A stretch of DNA of 64,000 bases, taken from Candidatus Omnitrophota bacterium (GTDB taxonomy: Bacteria; Omnitrophota; Omnitrophia; Omnitrophales; JACQQS01). The DNA is taken from the NCBI GenBank assembly GCA_016206925.1, contig JACQQS010000037.1, forward strand, positions 838-64,837. The letters run 5' to 3'. Made by a program: the position numbers and the translations under genes. The notes beneath the pieces are model-generated. The model did no database searches and was not told where the DNA came from. It was given only the letters and a program-made list of their open reading frames with translations. Of the stretch, positions 20,308 to 29,944 are shown piece by piece (within the stretch, counting starts at the first letter, position 1; each line of letters starts with the position of its first letter).

Positions 20308-20389
20308 TCCTGAAACAAACCTTTGAGAAACCCATTGACCTGCGGATTCCGCGGGTCATTTTAAGATATTGATAATCAAGGACTTACGT

Positions 20390-21085
20390 ATGCAGCGGGA
20401 TCTTTTTTCATCCGTATCACAAGAAGCATCGCAAACAGCCATGTCCGATTTCAATCAAGGACCGGCGTTAGATTCAAAGAGTAAGATCTCCACGTACGGT
20501 TTGGACAAACTTCTAATCGGTGTATGTTTATTGGTCATTTCGTATGTGGTTGTCTTTTCCTGGGGGGTCGAGCGCGGCAGGAAACAGGTTAGAATGGAAA
20601 CAGAGGTAAAAGTTGAAAAATTGCACAACGAGCTCAGCCGGCTGACTTTAGTAGCACGCGAACTGGTGCGCACGCCTCTGCCGAGGATCGAAACTCCGCC
20701 CGCGCCCGTTCAAGCCGTGGGAACTGCGGAAGTTCAGTCCGTTTCATTGATTCAAGACCGGGACTATTCCAAAGCGGCAAGCAGTCCGGCCCCTTCAGCG
20801 GTATCTGATGAGACGGCCGGTGAGGTAACGGTAAAGGGCGTTTTGATCGGCAAAAAGCAGTTCACCGTTCAACTGGCGACTTATCTAACTGCCGTGCGCG
20901 CCGAAGAACAGATAGAGAAGTTGAAAAAAATTGGGTATGATGCTTTCGTTATCCCGAGCGGGAAATATTTCCAGGTTTGTATCGAGAAACTGCCGAAAAA
21001 ATCGATGGCCGAGACGATTATGAACAAGGTCAAGAACGAATCCAGTCTTTACAGAGACGCGTATATTCGAAACGTTCCCGTATGA
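20390..21085 (+). CDS. SPOR domain membrane protein
   Basis: ATG 20390 (track start 20369 is TTG). One TM (LLIGVCLLVISYVVVF). C-terminal SPOR-like FTVQLATYLTAVRAEEQIEKLKKIGYDAFVIPSGKYFQVCI. Confidence 0.65.
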   Translation: MQRDLFSSVSQEASQTAMSDFNQGPALDSKSKISTYGLDKLLIGVCLLVISYVVVFSWGVERGRKQVRMETEVKVEKLHNELSRLTLVARELVRTPLPRIETPPAPVQAVGTAEVQSVSLIQDRDYSKAASSPAPSAVSDETAGEVTVKGVLIGKKQFTVQLATYLTAVRAEEQIEKLKKIGYDAFVIPSGKYFQVCIEKLPKKSMAETIMNKVKNESSLYRDAYIRNVPV

Positions 21086-22365
21086 AATTTTTTCTTCTTG
21101 CCGTGCTTCTTTCCATTCTTCCGCTGAATTCCGCATCGGCCGATCAGGTGGAGAGCCTCATTAAAATGATCGGCGAAACGGATCAGGTGGAAACAAAACT
21201 TGCCGCGATCCAGCAGCTCGGCGATATCGGCGACGATAGAGGTGTGCCCGTTTTGCTCGATCAGGCAAAATTATCCGATCCCCAGATTCGTTTTTCCGCC
21301 ATCAAGAGTCTCGGCCGCATCGGTACGGAACAGGCGCGCGCGGCGCTCCGGGAAATGGAGCAGGCCGGCGATGCCGAACAGCAGAAAGCGGCGCTCATCG
21401 GGTTGGCCATGGCTAAAGACACCAGCGCAAAACAACTCGCGGAAGAAGCTCTCCGGTCACCCGCTTGGATGGCGCGTTGGTACGCGGTGCTGGCGCTTGA
21501 TATTTTGAACGATCCCGAAAGCATTTCTCTTCTGGAGAGCGCTTTAACAGACCCCTTCCAATTACCCGATGGCGGGCGCTTCCCGGTCCGCGAAGCGGCG
21601 CAGGCCGCACTAGACCGCTTTAAGTCGTCCGTTTACTGGTCGTACACCTTTAACGGCGGACTTGAGAGAGCAAAAGTTGAAAGCAAGCCCATTTTGCTTT
21701 ATTTCTTCATAAACGGCGGTGAATGGTGCGAACAGTTTGAGCAGGAATCGCTTGCGAAGGAATCGATTCAAAAGCTTATGAAGGAATTTGTACCGCTGCG
21801 CATCAACGCCTATTCGGAGGCCGGTTTGAGCGAACGGTACGGCGTTGCCGGTACGCCGACGATCATCATTCTCGATCCACAGGGCGGTGAGATTTCCCGG
21901 CTGCCCGGGTATGTCGGGAGCGAACGCGTCGAGAGTTACCTGGAAGAATCGCTCGCGGCGTTGTCGGATAAAGGGGGCAGTGCCGAATTGTGGATAAAGG
22001 CGCAGGGATTCATCGATCAAGGGCATTATCAGGAAGCCGTCTCCGTTTTGGAGTCGTTTTTAGCGGCTCCCCCGGAAGGAAGCGCCGGCACAAAGGAGGA
22101 ATGGGCCAGATTCATGCTGGCCTTGTCTTACGGAAAAATAGAAAACTTCCACCGGTCGAAAGAATTATTCGAGCAATTCATCAAGCAATTTCCGAATTCG
22201 GAACTTTCGGACAAGGCGCTTTACTGCCTGGCCCTTTCGAAATTACACCTTGCCGACCGTGATTCAGCCAGGGATACGCTTACAGACCTCCTTGCACGTT
22301 TTCCCTCCTCCTCCGTCGTAAAACAGGCTCAGGATCTGCTGAATCAAGTCTTAGAGCATTCGTGA
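21082..22365 (+). CDS. Secreted HEAT-repeat / thioredoxin-like-fold / TPR protein
   Basis: ATGA overlap at 21082 gives MKFFLLAVLLSILPLNSASA signal peptide. HEAT-like repeats (AIQQLGDIGDDRGVPVLL, AIKSLGRIGTEQA). Thioredoxin-like segment KPILLYFFINGGEWCEQFE...GVAGTPTIIILD without CxxC. C-terminal TPR. Confidence 0.6.
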   Translation: MKFFLLAVLLSILPLNSASADQVESLIKMIGETDQVETKLAAIQQLGDIGDDRGVPVLLDQAKLSDPQIRFSAIKSLGRIGTEQARAALREMEQAGDAEQQKAALIGLAMAKDTSAKQLAEEALRSPAWMARWYAVLALDILNDPESISLLESALTDPFQLPDGGRFPVREAAQAALDRFKSSVYWSYTFNGGLERAKVESKPILLYFFINGGEWCEQFEQESLAKESIQKLMKEFVPLRINAYSEAGLSERYGVAGTPTIIILDPQGGEISRLPGYVGSERVESYLEESLAALSDKGGSAELWIKAQGFIDQGHYQEAVSVLESFLAAPPEGSAGTKEEWARFMLALSYGKIENFHRSKELFEQFIKQFPNSELSDKALYCLALSKLHLADRDSARDTLTDLLARFPSSSVVKQAQDLLNQVLEHS

Positions 22366-23180
22366 AATTTGTGAGAATCGTCATTCCATTGACCGCTATT
22401 CTTGTCTTTACGGCCTCCAGCCGAACGCTTTATGCCGAACCCGCAAAAGAGGAGCTGAGCACAGTCCTAAGCGGGGAAGGGGTGTCGGACAAGGAGCTTG
22501 CCGTTGTGAACGGCTTGCGCGCTCTTGAGTTTGAGAAGCACGGAGCTTACGAGCGGGCTATATCCGAATATCAAAAGGCACTTAAACTTGACTCTGAAAA
22601 TGCTGATATAAGTTCAAATTTTGCAACGCTTTATCTTGATCTGAACGAATTCGGGAAGGCGGAGAAGTTATTCAAGAAGGCCATCCGCCTCGTCCCCGAA
22701 ACACCCGCGTTTCATATCAATTTGGCCAACCTCTTTTATTTCCGGGAGAAATATGATCAGGCTATTAAGGAGTACAAGATTGCTCTGGAACTGGATCCCG
22801 GTTCAGCAGTAGCTCACGGCAATTTGGGCGACGCCTATCTTAAAAAATCGCTCTTTAACCTCGCCTTGCGGCATATTCAGAAAGCTATCGAGATCCAGCC
22901 GGATTTTGACGTTGCGCATAACAACTTGGGGAGCTATTATTATGCAGTTGGTGACAAGGTCAAAGCCCGCCAATCTTTCCAAAAAGCGTTAGAGTTAAAT
23001 CCACGACTCTCTGCGGCTTATGAAGGTTTGGGCAGGATCGATTTGGAGGATAATCGTCCAGCGGAAGCGTTGATGTGGTTCAGGAAGTCGCTGGAATCAG
23101 CCGCGAGTGCTTACGAAAAAGATCAGGCGAGAGCAGGCCTTTCCAAGGCGGAAAGTTTGTTGAAGGCTTCGAATATTTAA
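22362..23180 (+). CDS. Secreted TPR repeat protein
   Basis: Signal peptide, then about 6 canonical 34-aa TPR units (AISEYQKALKLDSENA, AIKEYKIALELDPGSA, ...). Confidence 0.7.
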   Translation: MKFVRIVIPLTAILVFTASSRTLYAEPAKEELSTVLSGEGVSDKELAVVNGLRALEFEKHGAYERAISEYQKALKLDSENADISSNFATLYLDLNEFGKAEKLFKKAIRLVPETPAFHINLANLFYFREKYDQAIKEYKIALELDPGSAVAHGNLGDAYLKKSLFNLALRHIQKAIEIQPDFDVAHNNLGSYYYAVGDKVKARQSFQKALELNPRLSAAYEGLGRIDLEDNRPAEALMWFRKSLESAASAYEKDQARAGLSKAESLLKASNI

Positions 23181-23197
23181 TGACCAGGGTATGAGGA

Positions 23198-23368
23198 ATG
23201 AGTCAGCATAGAAGTTTGCGGGCAGGCGATGTCAGCGTGAAGCGCAGAAATGTGTTGAAGCGTTTCGAGCGGATCAAAGCGATGTCTGAGCCCGAGAGTA
23301 AACAACAGGCAAAATCAGCTTACAACCTGCCGAAGCTGCGTCCAGATAAAGTTAAGGGCGGGAAATAG
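23198..23368 (+). CDS. Small basic protein (56 aa), PVC-type
   Basis: Not in the ORF track (<60 aa). ATG 23198 to TAG 23366..23368 reads MSQHRSLRAGDVSVKRRNVLKRFERIKAMSEPESKQQAKSAYNLPKLRPDKVKGGK. The MSxHxSL...RNVLxRxERI pattern matches my recollection of the small basic protein family restricted to Verrucomicrobia/Planctomycetes/Chlamydiae relatives. Confidence 0.5.
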   Translation: MSQHRSLRAGDVSVKRRNVLKRFERIKAMSEPESKQQAKSAYNLPKLRPDKVKGGK

Positions 23369-23397
23369 ATAAGACAAGTAAATCCACCCGGGTATAT

Positions 23398-23889
23398 ATG
23401 GCCAGCCCAAATATCCGAAAATTCCGGCCGCAGGATGCCGCTGAAATAAGATCGCTCATTTCCTCCATCATGGAAAGAGAATTTCCGGGTGATGCTGAGG
23501 CTTATCCAACGGATGATCTTGAAGATATTTCCAGGCACTACGGTCATATCGGTGAAGCGTTTTTTGTTGCCGAAAACGATAATGGTCATATTGTCGGCAC
23601 CATCGCGATCAAAAGAGACGACGAGCGGCACGCGCTTCTTAGGCGCTTTTTTGTGTTGCCCGAATATCGTGGCAAGAGCGTGGGCAAGAAATTGCTTCAA
23701 CACCTGATTGATTTTTGCCGGGAAGTTGGTTATCAGGAGATTGTCGTCAAGACAACGACCAATATGAAGCGTGCCATTAAAGTGTGCCGCGATCACGGTT
23801 TTGCCGAGAAAGCCAGGGTCGATTTGGGTGGTATTAAATTGTGTAAATTGGCGCTTTTCCTTAGAGAAAACTCACCCTTAGCAGCGTAA
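23398..23889 (+). CDS. GNAT family N-acetyltransferase
   Basis: Motif A: FFVLPEYRGKSVGKKLLQHLIDFCREVGYQEIVV. Confidence 0.85.
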   Translation: MASPNIRKFRPQDAAEIRSLISSIMEREFPGDAEAYPTDDLEDISRHYGHIGEAFFVAENDNGHIVGTIAIKRDDERHALLRRFFVLPEYRGKSVGKKLLQHLIDFCREVGYQEIVVKTTTNMKRAIKVCRDHGFAEKARVDLGGIKLCKLALFLRENSPLAA

Positions 23890-23915
23890 TAAAAAAAACA
23901 GCAGCGCATTTTTCT

Positions 23916-25019
23916 ATGTTCTTCAATTCGGGCAAGTCAAAAAAAGTAAAGCAGCTCAATAGTAAGCCTGCCGTTCTCTCCGAGAACCAAATCCAAGAGC
24001 GTCTCTACGGTGAATTTCAGTCACCGGCGCATTCGGGAAATGGCGGTAAGCCGTCCGCAAAAACGCCTGTTTCTCCGAAGGCAGAATTGCGTTTCGCGGA
24101 AAGGTCATCTGGCCGTTCGAATTTATTTGGCCAGGAAATTGTCGACGAGCCTAAAACAGCCATCGTTTCTAAAGTGATGATGAGAAAGATTGCGCCTTCC
24201 GCATCGAGAGGCCAGGCCGGGTTATTCGAAGAAGATCACAGAAAGGCCCCTCCGGTCAAACCGTTTGGCACCTTTTCCAGAAAATTCAAAGAGGAGAAAG
24301 ACCAAAAGAAAGTTTCAAACGTGGTTTCGAATGACTTTTTGGCAGCCGGTGACAAGCCCAACTTCCAGCTCGAATGGCAGGAATGGGGCGACCGGCTGAG
24401 AAGTATTTCGATATGGCATGTGTTAACGCTCATCGCATTGCTGGTGGGTGCCGTCGTTTTGTTTAATGTTTTCGTAAACCTGGCATTTGACCGCCGCCCG
24501 CCTATAAAAATTGGCGGCGAAAGGAAAACGGTTCCGCCTTCCGTTCCTGCTTCGCCGAATATTACGGTTTCTCCGATTTCGAGCGAATCCTCAGCAGAAA
24601 TGTTCCGAGAGAGCTTAAAGGATTTTGAGAAATTGCCTACGGATGAACTGCCCGAAGGCCGGAAGCGTTTACCGCTTGAAGCCGCGCCTGAAAAGCCCGC
24701 AGTCAAGATCGCATCGCAGGAAAAAGACGCGACCGGTGTGACTACCGTTTCCCGTTCCGCGGCAAAACCCCGCCATGTGATTCAAGTGTGCATTTATGAG
24801 AGCAAGAGCGCGGCGGAAAAACTGGTTGCCGAGTTGACCGAGCAGGGCTATCCCCACGTTACTTTTGAATCTATGCAGACCGGTTCCGGGCGGAAGCTTT
24901 ACCGGGTGTATTGCGGGCAGTTTTCAACCTTCCGCGAAGCGCAAGACGGCGTGCGTCAATTTGAAAAAATGGGCCTTTTCAAGAGATTTCCGGACGGATT
25001 TATCCGCCAGGCAAAATAA
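23916..25019 (+). CDS. SPOR domain membrane protein
   Basis: Low-complexity N-half, one TM (VLTLIALLVGAVVLFNVFV), C-terminal SPOR-like HVIQVCIYESKSAAEKLVAELTEQGYPHVTFE...YRVYCGQFSTFREAQ. Confidence 0.65.
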   Translation: MFFNSGKSKKVKQLNSKPAVLSENQIQERLYGEFQSPAHSGNGGKPSAKTPVSPKAELRFAERSSGRSNLFGQEIVDEPKTAIVSKVMMRKIAPSASRGQAGLFEEDHRKAPPVKPFGTFSRKFKEEKDQKKVSNVVSNDFLAAGDKPNFQLEWQEWGDRLRSISIWHVLTLIALLVGAVVLFNVFVNLAFDRRPPIKIGGERKTVPPSVPASPNITVSPISSESSAEMFRESLKDFEKLPTDELPEGRKRLPLEAAPEKPAVKIASQEKDATGVTTVSRSAAKPRHVIQVCIYESKSAAEKLVAELTEQGYPHVTFESMQTGSGRKLYRVYCGQFSTFREAQDGVRQFEKMGLFKRFPDGFIRQAK

Positions 25020-25047
25020 AGACAAATAAAGTATCAGGAGTTTTGAG

Positions 25048-25434
25048 ATGTGGCAGGGATTGAATCATAGAAAATTTCCGAGAATGGTGGTGGCATGCGA
25101 TGTTTTTGTGCGCGGCGAAAAAAGGGGTTTCACGCTGTCCACGATGACCACCAATTTAAGCCGCGGCGGGCTTTGTGTCATGCTGGGCAGGGCATTACGA
25201 AAGTTCGAACTTGTTAGTCTGAAAATGATTCTTCGCGATAACGAGCCCCCCTTGGAATGTATGGGGAAAGTGTGTTGGAGCATTCCTGCCAAGATTTTTC
25301 GCCGCGAAACTTCCGCTTACGATACCGGAATAGAATTTATCAATATGACCAGGAGTTCGGGCGACCGCATCGACGAATACCTGGCCGAGCAGGAAAAATT
25401 GAGCGCAAGCGGTCCGTTCCCAGACTTGCTTTAA
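25048..25434 (+). CDS. PilZ domain protein
   Basis: N-terminal HRKFPR (RxxxR-like) and DLSRGG-like LSRGGLCV motif characteristic of PilZ c-di-GMP binding. Confidence 0.7.
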   Translation: MWQGLNHRKFPRMVVACDVFVRGEKRGFTLSTMTTNLSRGGLCVMLGRALRKFELVSLKMILRDNEPPLECMGKVCWSIPAKIFRRETSAYDTGIEFINMTRSSGDRIDEYLAEQEKLSASGPFPDLL

Positions 25435-25452
25435 TTCCTCGGGAATTCTCCG

Positions 25453-25956
25453 ATGGCCAAAGAAGCGTCTTTCGATATTGTTTCCGAAGTAGATCTGCAG
25501 GAAGTCGACAACGCGGTGAATCAAACCAAGAAAGAGCTTGTGAGCCGGTTTGATTTCAAGGGCACGTCCTGGAAAATCGATCTCGAGCGCGCTCCGGAAA
25601 AACGCATCTATTTACAGGCTGCCGACGGCATGAAACTGCGCGGCTTAAAGCAGCTCCTTCACGAAAAGCTTTCGGTACGCGGTGTCGCCGTGCAGGCGCT
25701 GGATTATCAGGCAGAAGAGCCGGCCGAAAGCAGTTCCATCCGGCAGATCGCAAAAATTCAACAGGGGATTCCGCACGAAGAAGCGAAGAAAATCGTTAAG
25801 CTCATCAAAGACATCAAAATGAAGGTTCAGGCAACCATCCAGGGCGAAACGGTGAGGGTTAAAGGCAAGTCGCGCGACGATCTTCAGGAAATCATTAAGC
25901 TGTTAAAAAATAACAGCTTTAAAATTCCTCTTCAGTTCACGAATTTTCAAAGTTAA
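25453..25956 (+). CDS. yajQ: YajQ family (UPF0234) nucleotide/c-di-GMP-binding protein
   Basis: MAKEASFDIVSEVDLQEVDNAVNQTKKELVSRFDFKG is the conserved YajQ N-terminus. Length 167 aa. Confidence 0.9.
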   Translation: MAKEASFDIVSEVDLQEVDNAVNQTKKELVSRFDFKGTSWKIDLERAPEKRIYLQAADGMKLRGLKQLLHEKLSVRGVAVQALDYQAEEPAESSSIRQIAKIQQGIPHEEAKKIVKLIKDIKMKVQATIQGETVRVKGKSRDDLQEIIKLLKNNSFKIPLQFTNFQS

Positions 25957-26001
25957 TCTCGGTCCCTTTAACCTGCCCGTTCCAGAAAAGGCAAAGGCGG
26001 A

Positions 26002-26238
26002 ATGTTCGACTTTGAAAAACTGCATGAACTCAATCAAGTGCTCTCCAGCGAAAAGGGGCGTAAGATTTTGAGTTACCCAAAGCTCGCCTCACTTTTGCAG
26101 GATGAGGAATTTAAGAAAGCGATTGAGGAGAAAAACATCGCAAAAATTATGACCAACGCTAACTTCCGAGCGCTTACGCAAGACCCTGAATTCAGAGCAC
26201 TTATGGCAGAGTTTAAGGGGAAGAAGGAGAATTTCTAA
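26002..26238 (+). CDS. Hypothetical small helical protein
   Basis: 78-aa ORF, co-directional, internal duplicated FRAL(T/M) segment. No recognised family. Confidence 0.35.
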   Translation: MFDFEKLHELNQVLSSEKGRKILSYPKLASLLQDEEFKKAIEEKNIAKIMTNANFRALTQDPEFRALMAEFKGKKENF

Positions 26239-26459
26239 AAAAGCGGGCAAAAAAAGCGGCAAAAGCGAGCAGGTTTCTTGTATTTTGCAAATCGCTGTGC
26301 TATACTTCAAATGTCCGCAAAAAATTTATCTCGTAAGGTGCTGACTTTATTAAAGTTATGGAAATTGTCACCACCGAAGCGTAATTTAAAATTCTGCATA
26401 TTTTGAAGGCCGCATCGTCATCCGATGGATGGGTGAGTAATTCCTGGGGGAAAGAAAGG

Positions 26460-26870
26460 ATGGGGCAAATGGAAAAAGAAAAAAGGAAATTCAAGAGATT
26501 TGACGCGTTTTTAGGCGTACGTTACAAAGTCACGGACGATTCGCCGAAACAATGCCTATGTCTAAGCCGAGACCTCTCCCGGGAAGGCATGAAAATGACG
26601 CTGACGGAGGAATTAAAAAGAGGAACCGTGTTCGATATGGAGATTGACATACCCGATGACCCCAAACCCGTGCATACTTCAGCCGAAGTGGTATGGTCCC
26701 ATCCTTCCGGTCCTTCCGGCGGCGGAGATAAAGCATTTGATATCGGTATCCGGTTTTTAATGATGGATCCTGTGGACAAGTTCCGGGTACTTGATTTTGC
26801 GTATAACCACTGGCTCGAAACCAAGGTCAATGATTTCTCCGATCCGGAGAAAGTTTCAGAGCTTGCTTGA
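26460..26870 (+). CDS. PilZ domain protein
   Basis: Start at ATG 26460 after a GGGGGAAAGAAAGG purine tract. EKRKFKRF (RxxxR-like) and DLSREGMKM (DxSxxG) PilZ motifs. Confidence 0.7.
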   Translation: MGQMEKEKRKFKRFDAFLGVRYKVTDDSPKQCLCLSRDLSREGMKMTLTEELKRGTVFDMEIDIPDDPKPVHTSAEVVWSHPSGPSGGGDKAFDIGIRFLMMDPVDKFRVLDFAYNHWLETKVNDFSDPEKVSELA

Positions 26871-27060
26871 TTGCTTGATCGATATTATAAGCCGGATAAA
26901 GTCCCTCCAGACCTGATTACTGCCTGAAAACAGACAGCAGCCGATTTTTTTAAACAAATCTCTTTCCTTGCATTGCCTGCCCTTCAAGCCGAAAGTATAC
27001 TTCTTGGTAGGAGCATATTTTATTTCAGCCGTTCATTAACTTAAAGATAGAAGGTTTGCC

Positions 27061-27828
27061 ATGGAAGGTCCTTTGGTAATAGCTCACCGCGGATGCCATA
27101 CGTTTGCTCCGGAAAATACGATTGCAAGCTTTAAAGCTGCGTTAGAAAAGGGCGCAGATATGGTCGAGCTGGATGTCCGCCTGACCCGCGATAATATCCC
27201 CGTGATTTTTCACGATCGGAAGTTTCGAGATGCCAGCGGCCGGTCACACATCACCGCACGCTTGACAGAAAATCAATTGCGAGGTGTCCAACTTAAGTAC
27301 CCGGGATCTAACAGTGTTTCTTCTGACTATTTAATCCCCACGCTTGATGAGGTTCAAGATCGTATATTGCCGGATCTGGCGCTAAATATCGAACTCAAAC
27401 CGGACTTGCGGCGGGGTGATAAACTCGTTGTCGAGGTGCTCAAGCGGATTCCGCACCGGCATCAATCGAAGATTATTTTTTCATCCTTTTCAAAAACGAT
27501 TCTCAGGAAATTGTGGTCACGAAATCCAAAATTGAAACTGGGTTATTTGTTCCGAAGCAACCCGGAACAGGCTCTAAAATGGGCCAAACGCCACCATTGC
27601 TTTTCTGTTCATCCCAATATCGATGTGTGCTCGGAATCTTTTGTAGGCAGCGCCCAGGCGTCGGGTTTGAAGGTTATCGTCTGGACCGTGAATGACAAGC
27701 GAACGGCGTGGCGGCTATTAAATTGGGAGGTCTTTGGAATCATTACCGACAACCTCGGTCTCTTTCGCAGACGGCCAAGGATCGAGGGACGGCATAAACA
27801 GAACGCTTTGAGAAGCCGATATTATTAG
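27061..27828 (+). CDS. Glycerophosphodiester phosphodiesterase
   Basis: VIAHRGCHTFAPENTIASFKAALEKGADMVELDVRLTRDNIPVIFHD is the GDPD signature (HR...E.D...HD). Confidence 0.85.
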   Translation: MEGPLVIAHRGCHTFAPENTIASFKAALEKGADMVELDVRLTRDNIPVIFHDRKFRDASGRSHITARLTENQLRGVQLKYPGSNSVSSDYLIPTLDEVQDRILPDLALNIELKPDLRRGDKLVVEVLKRIPHRHQSKIIFSSFSKTILRKLWSRNPKLKLGYLFRSNPEQALKWAKRHHCFSVHPNIDVCSESFVGSAQASGLKVIVWTVNDKRTAWRLLNWEVFGIITDNLGLFRRRPRIEGRHKQNALRSRYY

Positions 27829-27870
27829 AATAGAATTTTTATAGAAATAATTTAAAACCGGCAGGGAGCT

Positions 27871-29931
27871 ATGGCGTTTTTTCAATACGGCAAAAAGACA
27901 GACACTTCGAAATCCTGTGCGCTGAATCAAATTCCCCTTTTTTCGGACCTTTCGGGCGGCGAACTCAAGGCCGTTGAGAAAAGATCCCGCTTGGTGGAAT
28001 TCCACAAAGGCGAAAAGGTTTACGGGCAGGGGGATCTGCCCGACGCCTTTTACGTGGTTCTCTCTGGCCGGTTTCAAGTGCTGCACAAAAAGAGTGACGG
28101 CGGAGAAGATAAGGTTGTCAACCTTTACCGGAACGATTACTTCGGCGAAATCTCCCTGCTCACGAATCAGCCGCATTCGGTTAGCGTCAAAGCGCTGAAT
28201 GATGCGCTGGCTATTCGCATCGATCGGGATGACTTTGCGAAGATTCTCTTGGAAGTCCCTTCGCTTTCCCTCCATTTAAGCCGCCTGCTCGGAAGGCGTC
28301 TTAAGGAACGGGATGAGCGCCGCGCGGTAGAGCATGCGGAAATTGCTTCTGTGTACAGCGTAAGAATTGCCATCGGTAAAACAACGATGATTACAAATTT
28401 GGCGGTGGCGATCCATACGGAACTGAAGCGGCGGGTCATGGTGGTCAATATGAACCCGCCCGGCTCGGGCGAAAAACCGTTGCAGGGAAGCTTATTGATC
28501 GAAAATCTGGAGAACCGTTACTTGGACGCATTGGATAAGTATATTTTTCATAACAAGGTTGGTTTTGACTACGTCAATGTATTTCAGGAAAAAATCGGGA
28601 GCGAAGCCACAGAACGAAAAATTACATCTTTACTAACATTTCTCTTGAGCCGCTATCAGTTTGTGCTCGTCGACTTGCCCCAGGAAATCCCCGGCCTGGC
28701 CTACAAAGTATTGTCGCAGTCCGATGTGGTGTATCTCCTTACGGATGACGATACGGACAATCTCGAAAAATGCCGGGCATTGTCCAAGGAATTGAAGGAG
28801 TCCTTTCATTTTAAGGATGAGCAGATTAAGTTGCTGATGATCGAGGAATCCGGTAAAGCGCGTTTAACGATGATTCAGCGGCGTCACATTGCGGGCCAGC
28901 GCGTCTTTGCCGCCATTCCCTTTATTCCGGAATTAAAAGATGCGCCGGCGTCCCAAGATGCTCCGTACATTTTGCGCGCACCGAAATCGCATTATGCAAA
29001 GACAATCCGCTATCTCGCGCGCGATCTTGGCAATGCCTTGGTTGGGCTGGTGCTTAGCAGCGGCGCCGCGTTCGGTCTCGCGCACATCGGGGTATTAAAG
29101 GTTCTGGAGAAGGAAAATATTCCAATTGATGTTGTAGCCGGCTCGAGCATCGGGTCACTCATCGGAGCTTTTTGGGCCGGCGGAATGAGTGCCGGCGAAA
29201 TGGAGGAATTGGCACTCAGCTTTAATGCCAAAAACAGTTTCTTCCGGCTCATCGGATTTGGCGATGTAATGCTTCCGCATTGGGGAATATTCAAAGGCAA
29301 TCAAATAGAGCATTTCATGCGCCAATTTCTGGGGCAGAAAACTTTTGAAGATTTGAATACTCCCCTCCGCATTGTAGCGACAAATTTAGGCACTTCCGAG
29401 CCGGAAGTTTTTGAAGAAGGCGATGTCGTAAAAGCCATACGGGCGAGCTGCTCTATTCCCGGGATTTTTCGGGCTGTTCGGCACGGCAACAAAATCATGG
29501 TAGACGGAGGAATTGCCGACCCTCTTCCGGTAGGCGTTTTATCGCGCATGGGCGTCAAAAAAATCATTGCGGTGAATGTGTTGTCCGGGCCGCGGCATCA
29601 TACGGACCGGAAAGAAGTTTTCCGCCGCAGGCGGGAATTGCTTGAAGAGCAGACGAGGAGCAAAAGCACGTGGCGGCGCTTCCTGTTTGATATGGAACGC
29701 AAATTTGCTTCGAGCCAGGTGGACAATATTTTCAATGTTCTCATGAGCACGATTCAGTTCATGGAGTACAGCATTGCTTCAAGCGCTGAGATCGGCGCTG
29801 ATGTGGTGATCCGTCCCGTGGTCATCGATTCGCACTGGGCAGAGTTTTACTCCGGAGGAAAGTTCGTTAAAATGGGCGAGCAGCAGACCCAGGAAGCGAT
29901 GAAAGAGATTAGAGCGCTGCTTGAGGCTTGA
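27871..29931 (+). CDS. Cyclic-nucleotide-binding / degenerate ParA-MinD-like / patatin-like phospholipase fusion protein
   Basis: cNMP-binding domain (YFGEISLLTNQPHSVSVKA). Central P-loop-like region IAIGKTTMITNLAVAI lacking the KGGxGK lysine-glycine context. Patatin motifs SSGAAFG, GSSIGS (GxSxG), VDGGIADPLP (DGG). Confidence 0.8.
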   Translation: MAFFQYGKKTDTSKSCALNQIPLFSDLSGGELKAVEKRSRLVEFHKGEKVYGQGDLPDAFYVVLSGRFQVLHKKSDGGEDKVVNLYRNDYFGEISLLTNQPHSVSVKALNDALAIRIDRDDFAKILLEVPSLSLHLSRLLGRRLKERDERRAVEHAEIASVYSVRIAIGKTTMITNLAVAIHTELKRRVMVVNMNPPGSGEKPLQGSLLIENLENRYLDALDKYIFHNKVGFDYVNVFQEKIGSEATERKITSLLTFLLSRYQFVLVDLPQEIPGLAYKVLSQSDVVYLLTDDDTDNLEKCRALSKELKESFHFKDEQIKLLMIEESGKARLTMIQRRHIAGQRVFAAIPFIPELKDAPASQDAPYILRAPKSHYAKTIRYLARDLGNALVGLVLSSGAAFGLAHIGVLKVLEKENIPIDVVAGSSIGSLIGAFWAGGMSAGEMEELALSFNAKNSFFRLIGFGDVMLPHWGIFKGNQIEHFMRQFLGQKTFEDLNTPLRIVATNLGTSEPEVFEEGDVVKAIRASCSIPGIFRAVRHGNKIMVDGGIADPLPVGVLSRMGVKKIIAVNVLSGPRHHTDRKEVFRRRRELLEEQTRSKSTWRRFLFDMERKFASSQVDNIFNVLMSTIQFMEYSIASSAEIGADVVIRPVVIDSHWAEFYSGGKFVKMGEQQTQEAMKEIRALLEA

Positions 29932-29944
29932 CGGAGGATCATGA

